A stretch of DNA of 64,000 nt. Source: Octopus bimaculoides (lineage: Eukaryota). The notes below the pieces were generated by a model. That model ran no database searches. It was not told the origin of the DNA and saw only the letters and a list, made by a program, of their open reading frames with translations. Below are positions 50,075-61,408 of the stretch, piece by piece. Where the stretch lies: NCBI RefSeq assembly GCF_001194135.2, contig NC_068982.1:33860833-33924832 (forward strand), read 5' to 3'. The position numbers were made by a program, and so were the translations under genes. Position 1 is the first letter of the stretch; each line of letters opens with the position of its first letter.

Positions 50075-53000
50075 GTTTAACGTCCGCTTTCCATGCTAGC
50101 ATGGGTTGGACGATTTGACTGTGGACTGGTGAAACCAGATGGCAACACCAGGCTCCAATCTAATTTGGCAGAGTTTCTACAGCTGGATGCCCTTCCTAAC
50201 GCCAACCACTCAGAGAGTGTAGTGGGTGCTTTTACATGTCACCCGCACGAAGGCCAGTCAGGCGGTACTGGCAACGGCCACGCTCGAAATGGTGTCTTTT
50301 ATGTGCCACCCACACAAGAGCCAGTCCAGGGGCACTGGCAACGATCTCACTTGGCTTGCCGGGTCTTCTCACGCACAGCACATTNNNNNNNNNNNNNNNN
50401 NNNNNNNNNNNNNNNNNNNNNNNNNNNNNNNNNNNNNNNNNNNNNNNNNNNNNNNNNNNNNNNNNNNNNNNNNNNNNNNNNNNNNNNNNNNNNNNNNNNN
50501 NNNNNNNNNNNNNNNNNNNNNNNNNNNNNNNNNNNNNNNNNNNNNNNNNNNNNNNNNNNGGGGGGGGGGGTTTACAAAATAAATAGCCTAACTGTGTGGC
50601 CTTAGGTCAGTATTACTCATGTTACAAATCATTACTTAGCCCAGAAAGTAAGTCAACCATAACGTTTGCACCATAACTGACTCCACTCCTCACCCCATCT
50701 GACTTGTGAAATTGTTCAGGTTACACTTTTGCAAGTTGATGCTTGTAGGGGAAATCTAGAGAAAGGAGTTCCGGATGGTTCCAGTTGTGAGAAGGAAAAA
50801 ATTGGAAGAAAGTATCTAGTGTAGAGTGTGGTAGGATTTCATAAAGTAAAAATAAGGGGAGGTAAGAAGTACTATACTGCAATGATATCTCTTTTCTGGT
50901 ATGAATTAAAATGTCTCTGTAACTTTTGCATCAAATCTTGACAATCAATCAATGCATGTTTGTATGTATGTATGTAGTTTAACCAGTTCATCAGTCCTGG
51001 CCTCAACAACTAAGGGAGGGCCTTGAATATATGATAGTACTCTCTCTAAAGACAAAACGAAAAAAAAAATCACAACAGTCTTGAATTTTGTCAGGGCCTG
51101 AAAGCTGCTTTATTCCACCTTTGAGACATTGAGAGAAAAATGTCAAACCTTGACATGCGTGAATGCATAATGCAAAAGAATAAAGAAAAAAATTACAGGT
51201 CACACCCACTAAAAAAGTCCAGAATAACGACACTTGCTACAATGACAACGTAAATATATATGCCTTTCACACATAGATCAGCGTCAGAAGCAGCTTTCAT
51301 AACAAATATTAATTAGCACATCCACAACTTAACTTGGATGTGTTGTTTATAATACCTTCAATTGCTAAAAACATTCTGGGAAATTATTTCATGTAGATGA
51401 TAAATGATAAAAAGCATCAAAATTCTATTGTAGAATTTTAATGTGTTTTAGCATTTGCTGGCTACATATGATTTTTCAGCATTATAATCATCATATCAAA
51501 GTTAAGTTGGATGAGCTAGGTGCCACATAAAATGCACTTTTGCTGGTGTCATGTAAATGCACCTGTATCAGTGGCATATAAAAACACTGAGCACACTGTA
51601 AAGTGTTTGCTGTTAGGAAGGGCATCCAACCACAGAAACCTTGCCAAAACAGACAATTGGAACCTGGACAGTTCTCAGGCTGGCCAGCTCCTGTCAAACT
51701 GTACAACCCATGCCAGCTTGGAAAACGGATGCTAAACGATGATGATGTATGTGTATGTGTGTGCGTGCATGCACGCATGTGTCTATGTTAGTACATAAGA
51801 AAAAACATTACAAGCAAAAACCAAAATTATGAAAACAATAAAGACAACAAAGCTCACATGCTCACCACCATTATACAAAAGAATGCCCTGACACATTTTA
51901 TATGTTATCAATATCAAAACCTAGCAAAATATCATCATCATCATCATTGTTTAATGTCTGCTTTCTATGCTGGCATGGGTTGAACAGTTTGACAGGAGCT
52001 GGCCAGGCAGAAGCCTGCCCCAGACTACTGTGTTTGTTTTGGTATGGTTTTTACAGCTGGGTGTCCTTCTTAACACATACCTCCCAGCAAAGTGGACTGA
52101 GTGCTATTTACATGGCACAAGCACCAGTGAGGTTGATTTTGGCAAGGTTTTTACAGCTGGATGGCTTTCCACATACCAACCACTTTACAGTGTGGACTGG
52201 ATGCTTTTTACATGACATCAGCACTGGCAGGGTCACCAAGTAATTTGCAAGACAAAAATTTCAAGAAGTTAACATAGAGCAAAGAGTGAGTGCATATTAA
52301 CATGAAGTTAGCAGAATTGCTGGATGATGTGGGGAGATGCAATGGGGGCGAATCTACCTAGGGTGACACTGTTATTGGGGTGTCACTTTTGAGTCTGTTG
52401 TATAAGTCTGTATAGAGAGTTGGGGCAGCAAACTTGAGGGCGACCCCAGATGACAAACACTCAGGCTATGCCACTGCATAGAGTGAATGCATGAAGAGCA
52501 GGATATTTGGTAAAGTCAGGTGTGACAAAAAAACTTTGATGAGCCACTTAATTAGTTAATTGGTCAATTAATTATTTAATGAACTATTTAGTTGATATTG
52601 ATAATAAAACGAAAGTGAAATACAACCAGTGTTTGCGTTTTATTGGCAGAATGATTCTCTCAAAAGACAATGATATATGAACGAGTGAATGAATATTTCC
52701 TATATTAATAATTATCAAGCAACTTATTGTTCTTCAATCATTCCTCTGGCGCTAACTTCGTCATTAAACTCCATCGTTACAGGCACATACTGACAGTCAG
52801 CCACATACTTGAAAGAGAAGTCATCATCTCTGCTATAACAAAAAAGTAAATAAGACATTCACCTGGGCTGACTCTAAGGATGCTGGCGCCCAGGGCAAGC
52901 TGAACTTCAGCGTGTACAAGCCAACGATCATGGAAATTTCCTTGACTTTGTCACACCTTCCTTGGCGCTCCCAGCACATGGCGCCCTGGGCAACTGCCCG

Positions 53001-53491
53001 AGTTGTCGTTACCTTCAGCCGGCCCTGCATTCACTGATGTTGCAAACAGCCACCCAACTAATTAAAAATCTGGTATACACAGTTGAGGTAGTATTTAATT
53101 AAAATTGCTATCAATATATCATACTAAATGTCTACACACAGTAGTTGCCCTGGGATAACATCTCTTATGGATTTGCTGGGTTAAAAGCACAATAAATATT
53201 AGAGTTGAAAATTCGGAGAGCTTCAATCCCTCAACAGTCATTGTAAAGTAGACGAATTATCATCTAAAAATAGGTATTGATATATCTTTCTTACATGACT
53301 GTTAAGGAATGTTATGAGGTACATTAGGCAATGTTTAGTCATCCGTATACCACTATGTCGTGGGAAGCTTTGGGAATAACTGGAAAAAAAAGACAAAGAA
53401 TATATGCAGAAACACTCACTCACACACACACAGGAGGGTTGGTTTCACATATGTTAATAACAATGTGTTAGTCACACCTACATTTGAACAT

Positions 53492-53523
<32 letters not shown>

Positions 53524-53799
53524 TTGGAATCAACAGCCAATAGTGAAATGATAACTTTGAAGTCACTTAACTGATATTATTCCTCTGTGTTTGTTTCCTT
53601 TCTTTTAATTTTTTTTGTTTGTTTACAGTCACTGAGGTTAATTTATAGTAAAGTCAAAACAATAAGTTACGTTTAAGCTGTGAGTTAGATCTAGATGCAA
53701 CGGACTATCTAACTTTTTGATACTTATTTTCTGTTTACGTTTTGGGTATTATCTTAGAACACTATCATTTGTTATTTGTCCTTACTATATTCATCAAAC

Positions 53800-53916
53800 A
53801 TGATTGATAACAGTTACGTTAGTGGCTCTGTGGGAGATTTAACAACTTTATCCAAGTTGGACGAAAATATATTACTGCAAGAATTAAAAGCTCGCTATGA
53901 GAAACAACTCATTTAT
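53800..53916 (+). CDS. Probable first coding exon of a myosin-motor-domain protein (class unresolved)
   Basis: Encodes MIDNSYVSGSVGDLTTLSKLDENILLQELKARYEKQLIY|gtaagt. This matches the motor N-terminal DL..L..L.E..IL..LK.RY....IY motif that precedes TY.G.IL. There is an in-frame TAG upstream at 53755. The next exon was not found in the window. Confidence 0.8.
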
Positions 53917-54651
53917 GTAAGTAAATTTACTTTATTCCTCTCATATTTTATTTATTGACTCAAAATATTTCAGGTATATGCAATGCTGTTAAACGTTAAA
54001 TAGACAACAAAAACAAACTACTGATGATTTATTGAGAAAACGAACTAACAAACCAACAACCCCGCCTTGTGATTGCTATTTCTTATCGTTTATAAACATT
54101 ATGTCAAATAGTTGCTATGACACTTAGCTCATGTTTAGGCATTCCATGTTGGCATTCTTTCGATATGTTTAATGTACTGAAATATGTATAAGTTTATTCT
54201 TAGCATAAGGTATGGGCACTTTGGGCAGTTGCCCAGGGGCTTCACGAGTCTAGGGACCCAATTCTGATAGATATATGCTGTGAAAATACTATAGGGCTCA
54301 GTGTATCGATTTGCCTGGGACCTATAATGCTGCTAAGATGGCCTTGCCTATACGTCCTACTTTGAAGAGTGTGTTGGTGTCCCATCCGATGAGCAAATTT
54401 ATCCCGTTACTAAAATGTTCTTGTTACTGAAATGTCCTTGAATACCCTGATTAAGCGTTAAAGACTTAAATTCTGAGAAAGAAAAACTAGTAATTTTTGT
54501 AAAATACATTTTAGAATGAGTAGATTACAATTATATCGGAATTTAATATGACAAGAAAAAAAAACAAAAAAAAAAAAANNNNNNNNNNAAAAAAAAAAAA
54601 AAAAAAAAAAACAATTGGTGGTATCGTCCACATACAAACTGACACATCACA

Positions 54652-55912
54652 TACAAGGACGTACCCAAAAGTAACTGGAAATGTTCTTTGTGGGACAAGC
54701 CCGTAGTAATTCAGCCTTCCGCTGCTATTAGCCACTTGATGCGACCCTCAGGCATCAGTTTGCCGACTGGCGTCGTCGAGTGAAGTCTTATTGCCACGTG
54801 GTACGTATTTGTTTCGCAGTGCTTCTCCCCTGTTCGTCGATTTTTGCGATGGCTGAAACGAAGGAACAGCGTGTTTCCATGAAGTTCTGTTTTCTGCTGG
54901 GGAAAGCAGCAGCCAAAACAGTTGTCATGCTTCACGAGTACTTTTCGTTCTTTAGGAATGAATGATCGTCGGCCAAACCTTATTCAAGGTGACCGTCGAC
55001 TTCCCAAATGAATGTAAACATCGCAAAAATTCATGAACTGATCCTAGAGAACTGTCGCCGAACAATTGACGAATTTGTTGGTATGACTGGTGTGTCTTGG
55101 AGCTCCTGCCAACGAATTTTGAGTGAAGAAATACAAATGGAAAGTTGCAGCAAAAGTTGTGCCTCACTTGCTCATGAAAGATCAGAAGCAGTCACAACTG
55201 AATGCTTGTTGTGAACTGAAAGAACAGCTGGAAGTTGATCTGGACCTTTTTTGAAGGTCATCACTGGTGACGAAAGCTGATGCTCCGGATCTGATCCGGA
55301 AACAAAGCAACAATCGAGTCAATGGAGGCATTCAATGTCGCCACGCCCCACCAAAAGTGCATTGAGTGAAGTCCAATGTCAAGACAACACTGATTTGTTT
55401 CATCAATACGAAAGGAATTGTCCACACAGAATTTGTTCCTCCTTGTCAAACTGTTAACCAGACATTTTGCTTGGCAGTTCTGAAGCGTTTGAGACATGTG
55501 GTGGGATGAAAATGCCCTGACATGTGGCAAAGTGGAGAGTGGTTGTTTCATGATGACAATGTGTCTGCACACACCACCTTGAGTGTAAGACAGTTTTTGA
55601 CCAAAAATGGCATGACTCCACTTACCCACCCTCCCTATTCACCTGATCTTGCTCCCTGCAACTTATTTCTGTTCCCCAAATAAAAAAAGTCCTGAAAGGA
55701 AAACGTTGTGCACATGTGGAAGAGGTGAAGGGAAAAATGACAGAGGCGTTCGTAAGAGTTCCAGGACTGCTTCAAACAATGGAAAAACGTGTCTGGACCA
55801 ATGCATTGCTTCAAATGGAGAATACTTTGAAGGTGATTAAAGTATAAACATGTAAAACTAAGTGAATAAGAATAATATTGCAGAATTCCAGTCTCTTTTG
55901 GGTACCCTTTTA
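54652..55912 (+). mobile_element. Near full-length decayed mariner (DD34D-type) element
   Basis: TIRs TACAAGGACGTACCCAAAAGTAACTGGAA / TTCCAGTCTCTTTTGGGTACCCTTTTATA. Broken frames give MAETKEQRVSMKFCFLLGK, ITGDES*, DPETKQQSSQW, HDDNVSAH, HPPYSPDLAPC and CIASNGEYFEGD*. Confidence 0.9.
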
Positions 55913-57558
55913 TATATCTACNNNNNNNNNNNNNNNNNNNNNNNNNNNNNNNNNNNNNNNNNNNNNNNNNNNNNNNNNNNNNNNNNNNNNNNNNNNNNNN
56001 NNNNNNNNNNNNNNNNNNNNNNNNNNNNNNNNNNNNNNNNNNNNNNNNNNNNNNNNNNNNNNNNNNNNNNNNNNNNNNNNNNNNNNNNNNNNNNNNNNNN
56101 NNNNNNNNNNNNNNNNNNNNNNNNNNNNNNNNNNNNNNNNNNNNNNNNNNNNNNNNNNNNNNNNNNNNNNNNNNNNNNNNNNNNNNNNNNNNNNNNNNNN
56201 NNNNNNNNNNNNNNNNNNNNNNNNNNNNNNNNNNNNNNNNNNNNNNNNNNNNNNNNNNNNNNTGACAAATATATTCTACGCGAAAGCATGTTCATTAACT
56301 CTGTGTCCTGCTGCTTGTGCCCATCTGTTGTTTGTACCCTGGTCGAAAGATGTACTAAAAATAACAGCCAAATAGGCCTTAAATCATGCACTCTAGATTT
56401 TTTTTCCTTTGGTTCTTGCATACTCATATGAATTCCTGAGTGTAGAATACAAATTTGTAAAACATTTCTGAAAATTCCAAAAAATTAAAAAGTTACGAGG
56501 GGTTATATGTTGTGTGTAAAGCAGGGGTTGATTTATTTACAGTTTCATATTCAAACACATCGTGCGCAAAATGACAGCTTCCAAATCCTGTTTTCTGACA
56601 GGGTGAAAATTATCAAACTTTAAACCTCTATAACTTTTTTGGAAAATTTTTCTGAAAAAAGTGCAATATATATCTTGAGCTTCAGCTTGGAAAATTACAT
56701 TAATTAAAACAAATTTTTAAATTTTCAATAAACTTTGAAATTTCCACAGCTGCACCCAAACAAAAACGTTCATGGTATTTAGAGACATCCATATGGTATA
56801 AATCATTAGTTTTATCTGATTGTACTAAAATTCCATCCTTCTAAAATTTTTAACAATATTAATAAGTTTCCGCCGGTGAGCATTTTCTCCATAGTGGATG
56901 TTTTTAAAACTTAATATTTCTAATGATATTCCACAATTTGTTTTCAAACTTCCAGATCTTTATTTCCTGCTGGGATCTTTCTAGTTCTGAAATTTCTTTT
57001 AATATTATCAGCATCAATATCAAGTTCATTTTGCTATTTATTTATATTAATTTATATTAATATATCATTAATGTACCTTTAGTATCAATATTTATACTGA
57101 TGATTTAACTCAGATAAGGATAGTCATTATATAAAAAAAAAATGTTTTAATCATTTAATTAATGACATTATTGGCTATAAATATCTAGTGCAATTTATTA
57201 GGTTTATATATATACATATGCGTGTGTATGTGTTATGTTGGTTGCTCCAGGGTAGATAGTTTGCAAGACTTATTTGTCTATGCTCCAAACCAGAAAACAA
57301 GGAATGTTGTTTACCCAGAAGCTCTTATGTAGTTTCCTTCAACATATGTGGTAGAATTTATCTCCTTTCATAAAAGTGGTAAATTTTGTATTTTCGTTTA
57401 TTATTATTGTTATTATTTTGTATTATGAATTCAGAATTGATTTCCCAATTAAAGAATAAATTGTATCCCAATTGAATAATAAATTGATTTTAGAATAACA
57501 AATTTCTATACAACATATTTTGCATTTTTTCTTCCAATATATAAGGAAAAATTTCATT

Positions 57559-57587
57559 CCCAGGCAATGCTGGGTGCCTCTGCTAGT
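57559..57587 (+). mobile_element. Helitron-like 3' terminus
   Basis: Hairpin CCCAG-GCAATG-CTGGG, 8 nt, then CTAG|T. Helitron-like 5' starts (TCTAGTACTAAT near 57653, TCTACTACATAT near 57851) are nearby, and related AT-rich repeats lie at 35555-35640 and 56425-56660. Confidence 0.5.
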
Positions 57588-58679
57588 AAAAATAAATATG
57601 ACTATTTTTGTAAGTTATTTATTTAATTGATATCAATATTTTATGAATATATCTCTAGTACTAATATTTATACAGAGAATGTAACTCAGAGATGTAATAG
57701 TCATTATATGGAATAGATTATTTTTATTTTTTTATGATATTTTTATTTTTATCTATTGGACATATTTTACTATAAATATCTAATATAACTTATTATGTTC
57801 ATATATATTTATTAGTTATATAAGATGGTATGTGTGAGTGAAAATATATATCTACTACATATGTGAGAAATTCTGTCTGTGGGTATGTTTGTGGAGTTGT
57901 TAGCTAACTCCTCCTACATTGTTTTATCGATTTTGATGAAACTTGACATGTGAGTAGAACTCATGTCTGGAAACCTCATGGCATACTTAGATTGTTGAAA
58001 AAAATCGATAATAGGGCCCTTGGAAGGGATCCTTATATATATCTAATATATTTGATTTTAAAAGCCAAGACAAATAACCCATTCATCCCTGGAAGAGATC
58101 CTTATATATAGCCAAGGGAAATAAGCCATTCATTTTCCTAAAATATTTGGTAAAAATGAAATTGAGCATGCTTATTTCTTAGTATTTGATCTGTTAGAGT
58201 TATTTTCGCAATTTATCCAGTACAACCCTTAAACAAGTAAATAGTGTTTTCCTAAACAATAGATCTACTTACTTCAGTGAGTAACTTATTTACGAATATA
58301 CCAACAGTAGTCTTAAAGTCTAAAGTTGTTGGGGAGGAAATTTAGTAGTACCTGATGGTGTCTGTTCTGGCTAAGGTCAGTGACTGTAGAATTATTTTTA
58401 GCAATGGGGTTATGAATATGTAGGTAATCAAGAATGGAAGAGCTAGTTCAATGTTAAATTATTTACCAGCGGGAGTTAGAGTTAGGGGATTTATTGGGTT
58501 AAGATTTTAAAATAAATTAAGGATAAATTAAAGAATTAATATTTATCTCATAGTGTGATGAGGTAAGGTAGATAGAATAGAGGTAAGATATAAGGTAGAA
58601 ATAAGAGTTATAAAGATATAGAAGGAGTATGTGTTAATGATCATAGGGGTTTGTATATGGGTGCTATTCATGGGGGTGA

Positions 58680-60700
58680 GCTTACATTTAGATTTATGAA
58701 AGAATTTAAAAGTGCAGAAGAATTTGTGCTTACATGTAGTGAAGGCTTTGTTGTATTTATGAAGCAATCATGGTGAGTTGTGGGTTAAAATTTTGATGGC
58801 TTCTTTTAAGCAGGGCCTGCAACTGGAGTGTTGGCCCTGATATGGGGTACCCAAGTCTATTATAGCCCAGGAAAGTTTATACAGTATTTTTCTATTAATT
58901 AGATGGTGTACGTGGCTGGCTAGTGATGTGGAATTGCTATTCTCCTTATATTTTAGCAAGTTTAAATGCACATAATACCTTTGTTTAAAATTTGGTGCTA
59001 GATCCAATGCAGTAGTTATTTACCATGTTGTGAACAGTGCATCAGTATATGACACTATATCTTGTACATTGGGCTTGCAGTGGGCAATCTGTCCCAGATC
59101 TGAAGTTGCAGTTATAAGTTCTATGATGGTTAATTGGAGAGAGAGATGAGGTAGAGCTGGTAGTGGCTAGGGTAGTATTAGGTGAATTGATCATGATATT
59201 GCTGTCGTTTCTAGTATCTATATCAATGCCAGCATTACCATTATTATTATTATCATCATTATCATTATCAGCATCGCTGTTGTAACTATTATTATCATTG
59301 CTAATAGTAGTAGTAGTAGTGATGGTGGAGGTGGTGGTAGTAGTGGTAGTAGTATTGGTAGTATTACTAGTAATAGTAGTAGTAGTAGCAGCAGCGGCAG
59401 TAGTAGTATCATTGGTAGTAGTGTTAATAATACTACTGTCTTCAGTAATGGTAATATTGCCGTTGGTGTTTGTATTAACATTATTGCTATTTCTATTAGG
59501 AGTTGAAGTATATGTATTATTAGTTGTTGTGGTTATAACATAATTAGTGTTGTTAGTATCAGTGTGCCTATTAGTGTTTGCATCAGTTTCAGGTGTGCAG
59601 CCATTACCCTCAGAAGTGGGGACTATATTATGATTATGTATGTTTAAGTTGTTGAAAGTGGTCAGGCCAGGGGTATTAGATATGTTATTGCAATCGGTGT
59701 TAGTGTTTTCATTGTGTAGATCCATGGTGGAGTTGTATGTATTCAGATAGTAAGAGCTAAGTTTATGTTTATTAGATGGGGTGATAATAGATTTTATATT
59801 TGGTGTAGATGAATAAGATAATTTCAAAGTGGATCTGTTAAAGATAGAAAGGTACTTATGGTTATGTGGGAAATTGGATTCTACTATTTTAAAGAAAGCT
59901 TTAGTGAGGCCCTTAGCATTTAAAGCGAATGGAGGTGTATACCAGAGAATAGATCTCCCACCGCTTTTATTAGGCAAGTTAGGGGAGGTGTAATTCCTAG
60001 TGAATGTTAGAGGAGAGTTGGAAGGTCTAATGTTAGTGTTAGTGTTCGTAGATCTAGTGTTGTGCGTGTGGGTGCTAAGTGGGCGAGATTGTCTGATCAT
60101 TGTAGGAGGGACTGGATTTCTAATATTTGTGCACATTTGTCTAGAACTAAGTTTTGAGAGGTGTACCTTTAGTCTAGTGTTGGGTATAAATCTAATCTTC
60201 TGGGAGAAACTAGCAGCTAGAGCTTGGTTATAGTAACTGGCGTAGTTATTGAAGATTTCCTCATTGGTGGGTAGATTGGATATTCTGATGGACATGCCTT
60301 TGATTATGCTCTTGAAAGTAGATTTATGGTGGCTAGATTCTGTGTTGATATATTTAAGATATTGATTGTGTTTATGATATGGGAAGTATAGTGAAGAGTT
60401 TAAATCTAAAGTAACATCTAGAAAATTTGCTGTCCTGTAAGAGTTTTCGAAAGAGATAGATAGTTTAAAGTTGGCGATGAATTTATTAAGTGTTTTCTAG
60501 ATTTTTCTAATGCAGATTTTGTTAGGCCGATTGTAATTAACAATGCATCATCCCTGTATAAACTTCCTTTGATATGGGGGAATTGTGTATGGAGCTGTTG
60601 AAGGAGGTACAATCCGACTAGATCTGTAACCTGAACGGAGTTGGATGAGCCCATGATTCTATCAAGGAAGTTGCTTCTGTTAGTAAGGGCTAAAGCTTAT
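58680..60700 (-). mobile_element. 5'-truncated Penelope-like element (Naiad-like), RT C-half plus GIY-YIG endonuclease
   Basis: RT motifs MGS...DLVGLYLL...LYRDD and ANFLDVTLDL...YINTESSH. Also ILWYTPPF...IFNRSTLKLSYS, CNF....CPL...C, YCIG..NFKQRYYVH and W.II.....Y......CRPCLKE. The element carries stops and frameshifts at both ends. Confidence 0.88.
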
Positions 60701-61187
60701 TATCAAAGGATATGAGGGTCTGCCTGGCAGATAGAATTACATAAATTTCTTATGTTAACTCTCACTGTATCTCCCTTTTATTCTCTCTCTCCCCCTATAC
60801 AATGTAAAGCATGACTAGAGAGATCAACCAACATATATAATTATATAGAGATTACTCATTAAATTACAAAAAAACTTATGACAGTCATTGTTGATGGTTT
60901 AACATTTGTTGTGCCATCAGATTAAAAAGCAGGATACAATAACACAATCTTAATCATCTGATTATCTTAATTATCTGTGGGAATGGGAACCAATTAAATC
61001 AACTATTACTTCACTTTGTTATTTTTAACTGCGGAGAGATGAAAGACAAAGTTAACCATGAAAGGTTTTGAACTCAGATGCAAAAGGCCGAAATTAAATG
61101 CTACAAGGCACTTTGTCCAACTTTCTCATGATTCTGTCAGTCTATCTTCTAGAAATAACAGTGATATTTATTTAATAATGTATTTAA

Positions 61188-61408
61188 CCCTTTCATTACC
61201 AACCCGGCGTAAACCACCTCTGGCTCTGTAGTACAAATGTCTTGTTTTCAAAAGGTTTGAATTAAAATCTTCCACCAAACCTTAGTCACAATTTATGTTC
61301 CTAACACTAGCTTAATGATAACTATGTTATTTTACTAAATTCCTCGTTATATTTTAAATAATTGAAAGTAACACAGAGCATGTCAATAGAAATATGGTGA
61401 CAAAAGTG
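61188..61408. mobile_element. piggyBac-like MITE, second family
   Basis: TTAA|CCCTTTCATTACCA ... TGGTGACAAAAGTG|TTAA. Confidence 0.65.

Larger units (their letters stand above)
1321..56262. other. Assembly gaps (N): 1321-1501, 9452-9804, 10609-11059, 26637-26835, 34664-35308, 47198-47919, 50385-50559, 54579-54588, 55922-56262
   Basis: Read directly from the sequence. Several are flanked by (TA)n or (CA)n runs. Confidence 0.98.

Noticed and set aside
52340-53027. Two small hAT-like MITE candidates (CAATGG...CCACTG at 52340-52476 and ...CAGCCGGCCCTG at about 52862-53027), and a related GC-rich repeat near 23415-23555 and 54200-54350
   Set aside because: They are probably real repeats, but the TIRs are too decayed and I found no TSD, so I did not call them as features.
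1152-56431. Long ORFs in the track made of X, YI, HT, CV or LSIY repeats
   Set aside because: They span N gaps or simple repeats and carry no protein signal.
59042-59044. In-frame TGA as selenocysteine, as reported for some Naiad elements
   Set aside because: The TGA falls just before C-T-V, at a position that is K/Q/R rather than Cys in related proteins; CGA to TGA decay is likely. A frameshift follows within about 40 nt, and the other TGA at 58768-58770 is in a linker.
59218-60233. Hydrophobic Leu/Val-rich ORFs overlapping the Penelope element
   Set aside because: They are alternative-frame or antisense translations of the triplet-repeat linker.
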